DNA of 64,000 nucleotides from Takakia lepidozioides (GCA_030704615.1 CM060732.1:81592001-81656000); one strand, 5' to 3'. Positions 49,195-62,599 are shown, numbered from the stretch's first letter. Notes: generated by a model from the letters alone, not told the origin. Program-made: numbers and translations.

Positions 49195-50473
49195 TAGTTA
49201 CGCAAGCTACTGCCGGCGTCCTCTCTCTCTCTTCTCTCTATGAATTTCTTCAAGAGCCAATCCATATTAATGAAGCTTTATCTCCTAAAAATGACCAAAA
49301 ATATTTAAAGAAAAAACAATTTTTGATCCACTGATATACATATTTTTAGAACTTGACTACACATAATGTGCGTATTTATCTCCTGCATCCACCTCCCGAT
49401 TTCCACCACCCAATTTCCACCAGATCGAGAAAACACCACCGTTGAATGTGGGGCCCATTGGAGAAACATATCATTTTTTGGGTAGTATAATTTTTAAGAT
49501 TTGAGTGACCAGATCAACTCGGATTGAGGCGAGATTAGTAAGGCTTCATTCCCTCTCTTAATCCTTGATCCAACAAGCCAAAAACGATCCAATTTGACCA
49601 ACACATGTAGTGTTGCCACTTGGTCAAACCTTGGCAAATCCCCTAACAATAACCCTCTCACACACCTGTGAAAAAATCTTAGCATGAAAAAGAGTGAATT
49701 GCCTTCATCAAAATCTGACCCCTTTGCTTGCCTGATGAGACAAATATGCAATCATTTGCCCAATCTTGGCAGTGCACTACAAGGCCATTCTATGGCACCG
49801 ATTTCATGAAAATTGAAGCAGATCTGAGAAAGCAATTCACATCTAAATAGGCCATGAAGCCCGTTTCGGGCCTGGTGGACAGGTAAGGGTTAAACGATGG
49901 ACACTGGACATTTATTAATAGCAGTAACCGGGGCAACATGGTTGCCCAACCCTCCCCCGAAAACTCCAAAGTCCCCACGTACCCACACATTACGTAATCG
50001 GTTGACCCAATTATTCCCCTTTAATAGCTGGGTTGGCCATGATAAATGAAGACGATAAGATGAACATAACAGAATATGGACAAAGCCTCCACAGACCGTT
50101 TTTAGCACGACAAAATCTATCTCTCACCCTTTTTCTTTGAATGTGTACTTTAAATACAACACAAAGAGACTCCATTGATTTATAGATGGTGCAAACTACC
50201 AGATAACCATATTTTCACCATCTTACATTCTATAACTCTCACATCCCTTCAAGTGAGCCCACATACAATGGTCACTTTCTTCTTTCTTTCTTTGGAGGGC
50301 CACATCTCTTTTTCTTGTCTCATGCTTTCATTCTTTCCTCTCTCTCTATCTCTTCTCCTCGCATCTTACACAACGTTAGAGGAGGGAGACTTGCCCTCAC
50401 CCTCGCGTCACCCAAGTTCTCCTCTACTTCTATTTCCGGCCTCTCACCATACTTCTCCCCTGCGACAGTACTC

Positions 50474-52152
50474 CATGCGGAGTGCCGATATCCAAATTCT
50501 ACGGGATCAAGTAGCTATCCTGCAATCTTGTTGCATCTCCGAGGATGCACTACAGCATCTGCTCGAAGCACGAGATAAAGACTTCAAGAAATTGCTTGCA
50601 GCCAAGGACAAGGATGTCGAGAAGTTGCTTGCAGCCAAGGATAAGGATGTCGAGAAGTTGTGTGCAACTCGGGACAAAGCTTTGGAGAGTCTGCAAGTTG
50701 AAGTGTTTGTCTTACGAGCTTCTCTTCTAGAGAGCAATACCAAAGTGGAGAGTCTGTTGAAACAACTCAATACCAAAGCAACATGCATGCGTATCTCTAA
50801 ACTGGAAGGAGAAGTGATGACCCTAATAGAGAGGGACATTTCTAGTGCACCCATGGCAAGTATCCACCAACAGATAGAAACTCATACTAAAGAGCTGGAA
50901 ACCCATAAGGCGACAACTTCTTCAATGGCCCGATAACTCCAAGCCCATAAGGTAGAGGCTTCTTCTTGGGATAACATAGTCAAAGGAAGCACAGGACCAT
51001 CCAACAACACTTCCCGCTCTTTAGAAATGACAGTATCGGCTACCTTGCGGGAGGAACAGTAACGGGCTTTCAAAGCCCTTAACATCCGGGTCAAGTTGGG
51101 GAACCTGGCAGAACCCTTGAAGCGGCAACCACCCTCATCCAGTAAAACCTGGCTCTACCATGAGGAGCGAATGGCATTGAACGGGCTTGACATGTAGGAA
51201 CTTCGGATCACCAAGTCATGTTCATCATAATTAAAGACGTGAGTGCCAGGGAGAGGATTCTTTGCCAGAGGCCTCAATTGAGAGGACGGGGCATGTATTT
51301 GAATGATGATCTGACCCCCATGCAATACAATGTCATGCGGGCTCAACTTGAGCAGGTCAAACAGACTCGGGCACAAGGACATTACGTGGTATACCGAGAT
51401 GGGAGGGTAATTATTAAACAACAAGAGCGTCGTGCCTCTACCTCGAAATAGGGGTCGGGGACCACCACATGCTCACATCTAAACATTGGCTCATGGAACT
51501 GCAATAGCTCATTGTGGAGCGAGGGCTCTTGGATATCTTTTCAAATTGTGATATTCTTTTTTTCTTGGAAACTCATACGTATGAAGGAAAGGACCCCCCT
51601 TCTATTCTCGGATATAACTTCCAGTCAGTGACCTGTCCATGCATAGGTCTCAAAGGCTCTGGTGGTGTTGCTTGTTACTTTGCTGACTGGCTTCTCCCAT
51701 ATATTTCTTTCCCATACAAAGATCCATTGACAAGGTACATTTGGTGTCACATCAAAGGCTACAACTCTCAACCAAACATTTTACTGGTAGGATGTTATTT
51801 TGCCCCGGTTGTATCTCCACACAGTGGCCTCCACATGCGTACAAATTCACCGTATATCCCCTTGGAAGAGGATTTGTCTCGTCTCCGTACCCCACACACA
51901 GACATCTTTTTGGTTGGAGACTTTAACGCTTGCACAGGATCACTACAGGCCCCAACTTTCGACCCGACATCCAACACTCGCATATGGTCTTGGCAAGGCA
52001 AAGCACAGATGTCTCTAGCAAAATTACAGGCTATGGTCACCATCTAAGTTCTAGTTCTGTGAGATTCAAGGGCTTGTCATCTACAATGGCACGACCAATT
52101 TCAAATCCTCCAGTCATTTCACCTGTCACACGTACAAAGGACAGAGCGTGGT
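50474..52152 (+). mobile_element. Degenerate LINE 5' part: ORF1 (coiled coil, YLNDDLT motif) and ORF2 AP-endonuclease, cut off before RT
   Basis: IGSWNCN, DILFFLETH, GSGGVA, LVGDFNA, FTC..GQSVV; tandem AAKDKDVEKL repeat in ORF1. Confidence 0.8.
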
Positions 52153-52194
52153 CAGGGACGCTAAACCGTGAGTGGTGAGTGTACAGCGGTGAGC

Positions 52195-52971
52195 TGTGAC
52201 CTAGAAATCGTGAGCCCCAACCTTGGAGCGTGGGGGAAGAAATGCATGCTTAGCCCAGCTTAACTAGCTTAGGAATCTCATTGCAAAAACTTGTATTGTA
52301 CAAATTTTGTTATAAATGAAATGGTTTCCAAATGTTGTGCGTCCTATTTTGTTTGGAATGGTGATGCATGATATGGTTGGCTAGTGTGTAGAATGCATGC
52401 TAGCTTACAAAAGTGGGAGAGGTAAATTGGGTAATCGTGTGTTTGCGTAGTGCCGAAATCGGGTGACTCCCACCCAAGGGGCAAGGAAACTTGCGCCTTC
52501 TTTGGGAGTTCACGTGCTAGTGCGCACCTTGCGCGTGCGCGTACTATAACTGCGCTACCGAGGGGGTTGCCTTGTAGTGCGGGCTAACGCGGAAGCTACG
52601 TGCTTCCGTTCACGTACTATAATCGTGTACCCTCGGGACAAAGTCGTAGTGCGGCTTCGGCGTGTTCTTGTACCTCAGGCCAGCATTCCAAGGCGGACCC
52701 AATTGTAGTGATTGGGGCGCACGGTTGGTTCAAGATTATTTTCCTAGTCAAAAAGGGTTCAAGGTGAACCCTTGCTCAAGGTGATGCCAAAAAAGTGGCA
52801 TCACGAGCGGTCGCAAGCAAATGTTGTTGCAGTAAGGCGATTCGATCCTCGGGGATGATCGTTCCTTGGCCTTGAAGTGGGCCAAGAAGAGTGCACTGGG
52901 AGAAGCTTGAGAGGCTCCACCCTTGGCCGAGACTTGGAGGAAGTCGGCCGAACTAGCTAGTGGAGAGTACA
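52195..52971 (+). mobile_element. Possible LTR or LTR-element fragment
   Basis: Bounded by TGT...ACA, non-coding, interrupts a CAGGGACGC terminus; no partner LTR in the window. Confidence 0.3.
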
Positions 52972-55179
52972 GTCAAGTGGGAGTTTGGTTCTTAGCCATG
53001 GGACGCCATGGTATGGAAACAAACTCCTTGATGTGGGACGCCACAACTTGGATGTTCGTTTCTACAAAATAGACAAGTCGATGAGGATATCGACTCCCTG
53101 TTGGTAGGGGTGTGTGTCGCGGCCCTTTGCCTTGAGGGCAGGGGGTCGGGACACGAGAGGGGCTGCCCCTGTGGTGGGGGCAGTGGCGACAATAGATGCG
53201 GGGGCTGAAGCACCCTTGAGTGCCCAAGGCACTCAAAGAGGCAGAGGCGCTCACTAGGTGGAGCCCCGCACACCAGATTGCGGTGGGGGTGGTTCCACGA
53301 GGGGTGGATGGCTCTTTGGCGCTGTACTATCTCAATATGACAATAATCCTAAATCGGCAGTAGGGATGAATTTCGGCGCCGAAATTCATTCATCTTCTCC
53401 TTTTCCGACCCTAATTCTGCTATCCTGCGAATGGATTTCGGCGCCGAAATTCATCCGAAGTCCTCCCTTCTAGTTTTCTTTGCGAGCAATGGATTTCGGC
53501 GCCGAAATTCATCCAATGCCCTCCCTCCAATATTTATTTCTCTTTGAAATGGATGAATTTCGGCGCCGAAATTCATCCTTACTGTCCGCAATGGATAACT
53601 CTAATATTCCATTTTCTATGCGACGGATGAATTTCGGCGCCGAAATTCGTCCGAACCCGACACTTACTTCTTGCTTCTTCTGGATGATGTAATGTTCTGA
53701 AATTCGTTTGAAATAACCCATTCCGACGAAAATAACACGAATATTCTGCATTAAATGGAGAAATCAGCACATTCAACCCCTTATGTCTTACAAAAGGCCG
53801 TTATCCAATGACGAAAGGGGATATTTTTTCATGTTGAGAGAAAATTAATTGCATTTTAGTCGTTGTTTTCATTTGAAACTGACAGTATCCATTAAGTGGT
53901 CATTTTTTGCACGGGACGTTGCCGCACATAAAGTATAATTCCGGCGCCGAAATTATAGTTAACTGTCCAGACATGGCAAGTCCAACAGGCATGGACAGCA
54001 ACCGTGAGGGGCAATGATGGCGGCAAAGCGTAGCATGGTGCCGATTTAGTCTTCGCGCCGGATGAATTTTGGCGCCGAAATATGGATGATTTCACCTCAT
54101 CTACGCGCGAACGGAGATATTCTTAATGAATTTCGGCGCCAAAATATGGATGAAATGTGCCCAAGTGCAGCCGTCTCCACTGTCCCGGAATCAATTCTGA
54201 CTCCGATATCTGACTGACAGGTTTGCTCATGACGGATGAGGACTGGGGAAGCGATGAATTGCGGCGCCGAAATTCATAAATTTGTGTATGAAAGCACTTG
54301 CATAGGATGAATTTCGACGCCGAAATTCATCCGTCCGCTGATGAAACGTACCGACCTGACTGTTGAATGTCATAGGCAGGGGATTTTCATGGCGGTTGGG
54401 TTTCATGATGTGCGGATATTCATTCAATGCCGGCTGCTCTGGGAACAACATCCGGTGAACGGAACGGTATTTCGGTGCCGCAATTCGGATAAAGCGTCTT
54501 GTACTGGTGGCTTGAACAGGCACGCGTCGTGTTCCAATCGACTTCATTCGTGCGAACGTGTCAGGGGTCGCAATCTCTTCATCACCCATACGGCAGAAAG
54601 TGGTGGATGGTGGCAACGCTTCGGGAGACGTGGCTGCTTACGCATCTGCTCGTGCACAGTGGTTGCATGTTCCACCGCTTCGCTCTCTCGCTCCTTGCCC
54701 TTCTGCAGTGACATTCTCTTGTGTTTCCTCTCCTTATGCAGCATAGTGATAGCATAGAGTTTGTGGAAGGTCAGGCGACTCCGGCAAAGAGAAGGAGGAC
54801 GCGGGATTTTGGGAAGCCGCCAACGACACGACTTAAGCTCCGTCTCATGCAAGAAATGCAGACCTCGTTATCCGGAGATTCGGATCGCCCACCAGTGAGA
54901 GATTCGTGCTTCGCGGATGTGAAGCACTCCATACGTACTATTCATTTTACACCTTTTTTTTGCGTGGAGTGTGTCATGTTTTCCTGTTTGTTTGACATGG
55001 GAGCTGGGGAGGGATCGCAGGGGGGCGAGGCAACACAGTCAACTTTGGATACTCCTGCCTGAGTGCTTTGCTCGCAAGGTGGAAGTGCATCGAGGCAGGC
55101 GACTCCTCATTCAACACCTCAGATATCACCTTAGAAAAGCCCACCTAGAGTCCGGAAGCCAAGGAAGCAGAAGGAGCCC

Positions 55180-58100
55180 ATGGCTTCGCCAGTAAAACCA
55201 CTAGGGAGACTGGAAGCGGAGATATTGGGTTTGCAGGCAGTTTCAGAAAACACGGATGCGGTGGAGGCCGCTGGAGATGTCGGAGTCGGATCTGCAGAAG
55301 GGCGGCCCATTGAGCTGACAGAAGCAGAGGACGACAACGTGGTGCGACTTGACGACGATCAGAACCTGCTGAAGCTTGCGGAGGAGCAAAACCTCCAGGA
55401 CAGTACACAGGCTGGTGAGAGGGGTGAGGGAAGTGAAAGAGATGATAAAAGTAAGAAACTGGTGGCGGGTATGCTCATGAGCGCACGAGACATGAACATA
55501 GCAGCAAACAGGTTGCTGGCAGAGACTCATAGCAACATAGGCCGCGTTTTGGGCTCCATGGTGTATCCGGAGAACCTCAAAGTTCCTTTGTGTCGCATGG
55601 TTAGCCTTCCAGTTGTAAGGCAAGCACTGCAAGGGAACATCGATCGACTGAAGCACAACTTCAGAGAGGGGTACAGACGGGGGTCGGCAGCATTCTACGC
55701 TTCCATTGAGAATGACCAGGGTGTCACAAGGGGCCCCACTGCAGAGGAGCTTCAGAATTAGAGCCCCCACTGGCACACTGTAAATGCCGAGTTTGAAGCC
55801 TTCTGAAGACTAATCCCACATTTGCACACATGGAAGGGAAGATGTTCTTCGTTTGGGACGGAAACCACAGGATGCTTGCCTGGACAAAGTACATTGTTGA
55901 AATGCATCCGCAAGATATCAATTGGCATTACATGGTGGACTGCATTGTCGCGAAGGTGGACGTGAGGGACAGAGGACTGCTGAAGGGTGCCATGGCGGAT
56001 ATAAATCTGTAAGTATACAACTACATCCTTGTGTACTGCCTATTGCGGCGCCGAAATACACAATGTTCTTGACTGTCATGCACTGAACTGGAAATTGGAT
56101 TGCTGTGCCGAGATCTGGTTATTTTTTTATCATATTTTCATGTTGTTTTTTTTTTTTTTTCTCCATGGCAGGGAAACAGAGAGGGCCTTCGTGGAAACTC
56201 ATCTGGCACATACGCTCTACAGAGTGCAAGAAGTGGGAACAGCACCGCTGACAGACTTCCAAAAATCCCTCGATCCCGAGCTGTACAGGAAGTCCCTTGC
56301 GAAAGCGGATCGTACCTGGTACCGACCAACACTGGACGCCATGGTGGAGATCCTCTATTCGGTGAGGTTCATCTCAAATTTCCCGATTTAATGTTATTTG
56401 TTGCAGGGATCAGTGGCCTGACTGTATTCGTTGGGTATGGGAATGCAGACGAATATCAGGGATGACTTGGCCTATGCCAAAAGGCAGTTCTTTGAGAATG
56501 ATGCCCCCAACAAGGCGGACGCGTCGATAGAGAGTCACATTGTGCAGGCAGGGAGGCAATCACGGACCAAGTACAGGTCCAAACTTGTTAAGCAAGTTGC
56601 AATCGCTGACCCTGGTCTTGGTGCCGAGTTCACTCCAAACCCATGAAACCGGAAATGTCCATGGAGAAACTTCATCACATCGTAGTGTCTTGTGTTGAGC
56701 CGGCGGAGAAGGTAAGCATGTGTTTGTTCTTGTTTTGTGTCTTCTCGCGATTCTCATGATGAAGTTCTTATGTCTGACCGATTTTAGGCCATGCAGACGA
56801 GGTGGCTGCGAATCTGGAATGGCCATACAAACACGAAGCTGCTGTACCACTTTCCCATCAAACCAACAGACGACAAAATGAACGACTGGCTCAATGTGAT
56901 GACTTGGTGGCATCAGGTATAATTTCCTCCTCTTCTGTGTATTGGACATCATCACAATTTCAAATTCATGAATGTTTTGGAAACCTGCACTGCTGCAGGT
57001 ACTAACCCACGCCCAGGAGCAATTGGATTGCAACACCACCACTTTCAAGTTACAGATCGACTGGACGAAACCGGAGACAATGGAGAACTACGTGCAGTCC
57101 TAGCGAGGGCGCTTCGCAAACCTCTTTTTCAGAGAAATTACAAAGGCAAGACGCAGCGTATACATCGAAGAGCAGGAGGGTGCCGACAAAGCAGCAATGC
57201 GTGTCCTGTTCAGGTAATCTGCTACCAATGCATCCCCCTATTTGCAGTTTTGATGATTTAGCTAAGCAGCGGTGGGTATTGCGGCGCCGAAATATACCTC
57301 TGCAAGATGTGAGTGCTGGGTAATTGGGGCACGGTCCACTGCGTATTTCGGTGCCGAAATACCTTGTGCATTGAGAACTTCCTCTTGCATGATGCATCAG
57401 TAGAATGATTTTTGTTGAACTGCCTCGTGATTGCAGGTACATAAACTTTGCACTCATTCCGTCCGAAGCCATTCAAAGGGTTTCACCATTCTTCCTGGCG
57501 TGGAGGACACCTGGAGGTCGTGGTACGATATACACAGAAGTAATGGCAAAGGAGTGGCATGCCGAGCATTTGGTAGACTGTCCCTGGTATGTGGATCTCC
57601 CAAGTGGGACCGTTGACCTCTCGGAGGTTAACTTGAAGAAGGAAGCGAATGCCAGGGCTACGAAGGCGCAATCGGATCCCCAACCAGAGGACGCGGAAAG
57701 ACTGAAAGCAGAGGAGGCAGCCAAGCAGAAAGCACTGAGAAAGTCAGCCAAGGCGGCAGTGTTGGCGAAGGAGCAGATGGAGAAGCATGCAGCTGAGCAG
57801 CCCAAGGACAGGAAGAAAAGAACGCGCAAACAGGGGCAAGAGACGAAGACCCCCACACCCAAGAAGAAGAAGCAGCAACATAGTCAGCCAGATGACGAGG
57901 ATTCCGACGACGATTTCCAGCAGGATAACACCCAGGGGGCCACACCTCGTCCGAAAATTCACAAGGGCCAGCGCTCCGGGGGTTCGGCTGCAAAGAGATC
58001 ACTATACGAGGATGCACCTGGTAGACCCTACCGTGCGGTGCACATTGCGGGCAGGGAAGTCCTCAAAACACCCACAATTGTGGAGTGTGTTAATGAAAAT

Positions 58101-59289
58101 TTCCTAACTGCTCTGACAAGAAGGCTGGAGAAAACGAGATTGAGGAAGGCGATCGAGGCCCACCAAGGGAAGGGGAAGAGGAAGGCCACTGGCAATGATA
58201 TGGAGGACACTCCTGGCTACACAAAGATGATGGAGTATTTTGTGGCGATGAGCCACGACAAAAAAAACACAGTCGGGGGCAGAGCGGTGAAAGCCTCCAT
58301 CGACATGATCCTTGTGGATATCCCGGATGGGCAGGAGATACTAGGGCTGGGCTCACTACCCTGGTGGAACAAGTACGATGAAAGATACTGGAGCCACACA
58401 TTTGGGTTCGCAGCCAACATGTTGGACGACGATGGCTGTGTTGTTGTGCTAGCAGCCGATGGAGAAGTCACTGAGAATGATATCAAAGTATGGATGGGGA
58501 GAAGTGCAGCACCCATCCTGAAAAAGATCTGGACTTGCATCAACACGCAGGGTCTTCTCAACGATGGTCAGAAGGTATGTTGCGGTTCTCCTTTGCTCTG
58601 CCAATTTCTGCGCCGAAATTGCCCATGTACGTGTAGGCCACCTCTCACGTTCTCATTTCCTTCTTTGCAGACTCTTATCTTTCAGGCATTCTGCTTCGTG
58701 AACGAACATTCGAAATTCAAATTACATCAAGCAGGCAGACTTGTTGATTCCACAGTTGATCCACTGGAGTATAACGTCCTGTTCAACCATGTGGGAGAGA
58801 AGGACATGCTTTGTGATTTGTCGGGCAAGCCTTGGAGGTATGGCAGGACCAGGAGTCCTGCATTCATCCAGACGCTCATAGAAACATGTACGGATATTGA
58901 AGGCAGGGTCCTCGACGTCACTGCAAATACAGGTTAGAGCGTTAAGTGATTGCGGCACCGAAATTGACACCGTTTCCGATTGTGTATGTTTGCTTGCGCG
59001 AGGAAGCGAGTCATTCTTGACTTTGGCTGTGGTTGTGTCGTATGAATTTGCAGGTGCTTGTATGTGGGCTGGAAGGATGTCCAACCGATTTGTGTTCTCA
59101 TTTGAGGGGGATACGGCCTTGTACGATTTCAATTTGGCGGGCCTACAGCGTCTGCCTCCGACTGAGGATCCCAAAAACGCAGAAGAGGACGTGGAAGGGG
59201 ACGAGGAAGATGAAGAGGAGGAAGTCCAGGAAATTCGTACGATGCAGGGGCGCCCGAAGCCGCTTCCTCCAATGCCTGTCTTCGAGTGA
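55180..59289 (+). pseudogene. Multi-exon gene: ParB/Srx-like N-terminal domain, charged linker, beta-class amino-methyltransferase-like C-terminal domain; premature stops
   Basis: VVRQA...FFVWDGNHRMLAW (ParB-type R..DGNHR); IDMILVDIPDG and RSPAFIQTLIETCT..RVLDVTANTG|ACMWAGRMSNRFVFSFEGD; GT-AG introns at ~56010-56170, 57214-57436, 58575-58670 and 58932-59052; stops at 55759 and 56644; true start may lie upstream. Confidence 0.75.
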
Positions 59290-60577
59290 GTTGCACCATA
59301 GTAAGTGTATTGGTTTCGGTTGTAGGGACCATGCAACCTGCCGATGATTCCCTGTTTGAATGCTCTAATGTGCTTCATTCTGTGTTTGTGCGTACACTCA
59401 GCCTTGCAGAGTCGTCCGACGAGGAAATGTTGGGAGACTTGCCCGAATCGGACCCTGTTGCAGAGGAGGAGACAGAATCGCATCGACCATTCTTTGCCAG
59501 AAAATCGTTTCTCGCGAGTCCCCAAAAGCCTTTTTTTCTACCAGCCTATGCAGACACGGCTGCGAGAGAAGCCATCAGGAGGGAGGATAGGCCTACTCGG
59601 TTTGAGCAATTGATATTCGGGAATTAGCAGAGAATTATAATGAGGCGTGAGGCCAAACATGGAATTGTGAAAGGCAGAGTAGGCAAGTTCGTCATAGAAT
59701 CCGCGTCCGAGAGCGAGGGGGATGATGAGGATAGTTCCGCACCCAGGTGGACAGTTCCAGCTGGCCAGGATGGTATTTTTTAGGGGAGGGCTTCTCAGAG
59801 TAACAGCGGTAGCGGCAGTGCAGGTTCGGAGGCAGGTGGAAGGCAGCCATCCTTGCATGAGGCCGGGGATACATCGGACAGTGATCGCGGATCCTCACCA
59901 TAGCAAAGTCTCATTTGGATCCTTTTGTTGTGATAAAAGCAGAAGAGACGCAAACTTAAGTAAAGAACCCTACAAGTAATTTATGCACACCAGCGAACCG
60001 CGAACTTGAAGCCATGAAAACCCTACCGTTTCTAACATTCCTATTGGGAATTTCGGCGCCGAAATCGCCCAGTGTGCGCCTTCATAATATGGGCCTTATA
60101 AAATTCCACGAAGGAATTACTGCACCAAAATATCACGATGGAAGCCTTCAGCACAAGGCACTTCAGCACATTCCACTTGGGTATTTAGGCGCCCGGCACT
60201 ATATCACATTTCAAAAGGAAATTTCGGCGCCGAAATACCCCGGTGGATGTCTTCAAAACACCACTTTAGCACACTGCTCTTGGGAATTTCGGCGCCAAAA
60301 TACCAAGGTCGGTGGTTTTAGGACGGCGGTGGTTTTAGCACAATTTCTTCCCGTAATGTCGTGGCACCTTCTCTGCAAGCCCCTTCTAGCCCCAGTCATT
60401 TTCGATCGCCTGTGTGGGTAGCCGTTGCTGGCCAATGGGGACACGTATTGCCGTTGCCTCAGAGAAGATCACCTGAGAAGGTTTTCCGCATTGGGTTTTC
60501 AATGTTTGCATCTCCATGTTGAAAAACAACAGTGATTACTTGTCCCTCTCCATTCCCGGTGGGCGCACACTTCCTCA

Positions 60578-61204
60578 ATGCCGCCCTGTGTAAGTGCCTT
60601 CTGCATTCGACGGAGCGGGATTCGAGGATCGCGATTGCGTGAGCCGGTGATGGGAGACATTATGGTGGAGTTGGATTTCAGTGAAGGTACACGCAGGGTG
60701 ACGAGTTTCCGAGCACTTCTGTGGGATTCTCTTTGGGTGAGGCCTGCCAATGGACAACAGTGGATACTTGTTGTGCGAGATAGACCTGGAAGACGGAGTG
60801 TTCGTCTCTTCATCATGAGATGTTGCCGCGGCGGGTTCTGGAGGTCTTACTACCATAACTATACTGCACCTCCACAGTATTTGCTCCCGGATAGGGCTCT
60901 TGAGTTGCTCACTCACTCTTCTGGGCCAGGGAATATATTGTTGACACTAAGGGAGAATCAGAACAGGTTTGTCCTAGATGTTTGCGAATTTCACAACGAT
61001 GTGGAGGAGGTCCCAATAGGAGGCCTCCAATATCTGCATGTTTTCACGAACGTGACCTCTATAGATATCTTGTATCTTTATGTTCGCCATCTTAATCCAG
61101 AAAACGACAATGCGCAGTGGACGACTACCGCACCACTCCTAATTCTGGACCTGTGGTTCGACGACTCGGTGGTTCGTGTTGTGGATGTCAACGCAGCAGC
61201 ATAG
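60578..61204 (+). CDS. Hypothetical intronless protein (208 aa) inside the palindrome-marked block
   Basis: ATG-to-TAG open frame with globular-protein-like composition; no recognised motif. Confidence 0.4.
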   Translation: MPPCVSAFCIRRSGIRGSRLREPVMGDIMVELDFSEGTRRVTSFRALLWDSLWVRPANGQQWILVVRDRPGRRSVRLFIMRCCRGGFWRSYYHNYTAPPQYLLPDRALELLTHSSGPGNILLTLRENQNRFVLDVCEFHNDVEEVPIGGLQYLHVFTNVTSIDILYLYVRHLNPENDNAQWTTTAPLLILDLWFDDSVVRVVDVNAAA

Positions 61205-61820
61205 CGCAGTAAGGATCATTGTGGAGGGTGATTGGAGGGCACATGAACCAGGATATGGTAGTTCCACAGGTTTCTTATGCCGCAGTGGTATTTCTGATGA
61301 TGGAAGCTCGGAGTAGTCGCTGTACAAAATAAAAACTTGTGGTTGCCTGATGTTTTTATTTCGAGCGTCATGTCAATGTGGGCTTGATGTTGAGTTGAAT
61401 GGGGTTTGCAAGTTCAACTGTCGTCTGACCCTAAATATATTACCTTGTCAGCACAATGGCTTGTGAGGGCTACAATTTTGTGTCTATTTCTTGTCCTGCA
61501 CAATGTTTTACAGTGGTGACGTGGAATAACGGCGCCGAAATACCTCATTCCGCATCCTGGACCAGGAGAAACAGACCCTATTATCGAGGTAAGAGGACAT
61601 AACACCGTCAATAAAGGCACGAAAATTCCAATTCCGCGGATGCCCGCTCATGAGCTCATAGGCTCATAGGCTCATGGGTTCATGGGCTCATGAAATAGTA
61701 AACCTCGATCTCACTCTCGGCACAGGTTTCTCTTCTTGCCTTTGTCATCGATTTCTTTTCTTCTGCACGTCCTTTACTCAATATTCTAAAACTCTAATTC
61801 CATCATTCTATCTCTTGCAG

Positions 61821-62007
61821 ACGCTTCTTACCATGCTTGCAAGGCAGGTGGCAGGCATTTGTTTGGTATGGAAGGAGATGCAGATATTTTCACTGGCCAA
61901 CTCGCCGAGTTGCAAGGGGGCTCGTCTACCTCCAGTGTGAAGGATGTCACTACGCAAATTGATATCCTTGACGGAGCCGACAAGGACGTGGACAATGACT
62001 TTTCATG
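61821..62007 (+). pseudogene. Isolated C-terminal exon of the methyltransferase-like family
   Basis: AG|ASYHACKAGGRHLFGMEGD matches exon 24806-; shares the 3' junction GACTTTTCATGTGAGTAAG with ~24982. Confidence 0.75.
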
Positions 62008-62599
62008 TGAGTAAGTTCATTTTCTGTCTATTTCATCCCTGCGTATATTCTCTGTCGCGTCCCCTTCTGTTGTCTGATTATTACCCAAATGGTGCATTTC
62101 TGATTGCAGGAATGTCAACACAATCCCGTTGCCCCTATCTTCCATATACTTGAGGGACTTGTGTTGGAGCCCACCTCCTATTTATGTCCTTCCCGACTAC
62201 GCAGAAGGCATTGCTCGTGTGCATGCAGCTGTGCTTTCTCCCCCACCCTTGCGTTGGAGTTCCAGGAAGACGCTTAGGCACCTCCGCGCAAAGGTCTTCA
62301 TAGATGATAGTGCCGCAGTTTCAGGTGGTAGCAGTACTCCTAGCAGTTCAGCAGATTCAGGTGGTAGCATTAGCAGTGTTGACACCACCTATGGATGTAC
62401 TTGAGGGCATTCATTTATGGAACATGAGCGGACACACTCTCCGTTTTCCGTTGCACCACCATTTCTCTTCCCACCATCCGTTGTAATGAGCACGGACTAC
62501 AATGAAATTCACATCCCGTCATTGAAACATTCTCTCCCCCACGTCCTGCGAATTTGAAAGTGTTTTCCTTCTAAACATTGCTCTCCAATTCAACCGTGT

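Larger units (their letters stand above)
53360..61545. repeat. About 20 dispersed copies of the palindrome ATTTCGGCGCCGAAAT (up to 26 bp: GATGAATTTCGGCGCCGAAATTCATC)
   Basis: Clusters at 53366-53650, 53935-54485 and 60049-60300; single copies at ~56042, 57278, 57345, 58604, 58949 and 61528. Confidence 0.92.

Noticed and set aside
49494-50108. Possible L1 3'-end remnant on the minus strand
   Set aside because: Only vague residue patterns with many stops; cannot be supported without a search
53366-53650. Regularly spaced palindromes with unique spacers that look like a CRISPR array
   Set aside because: Spacing is irregular, copies are also scattered in introns, there are no cas genes, and the context is eukaryotic
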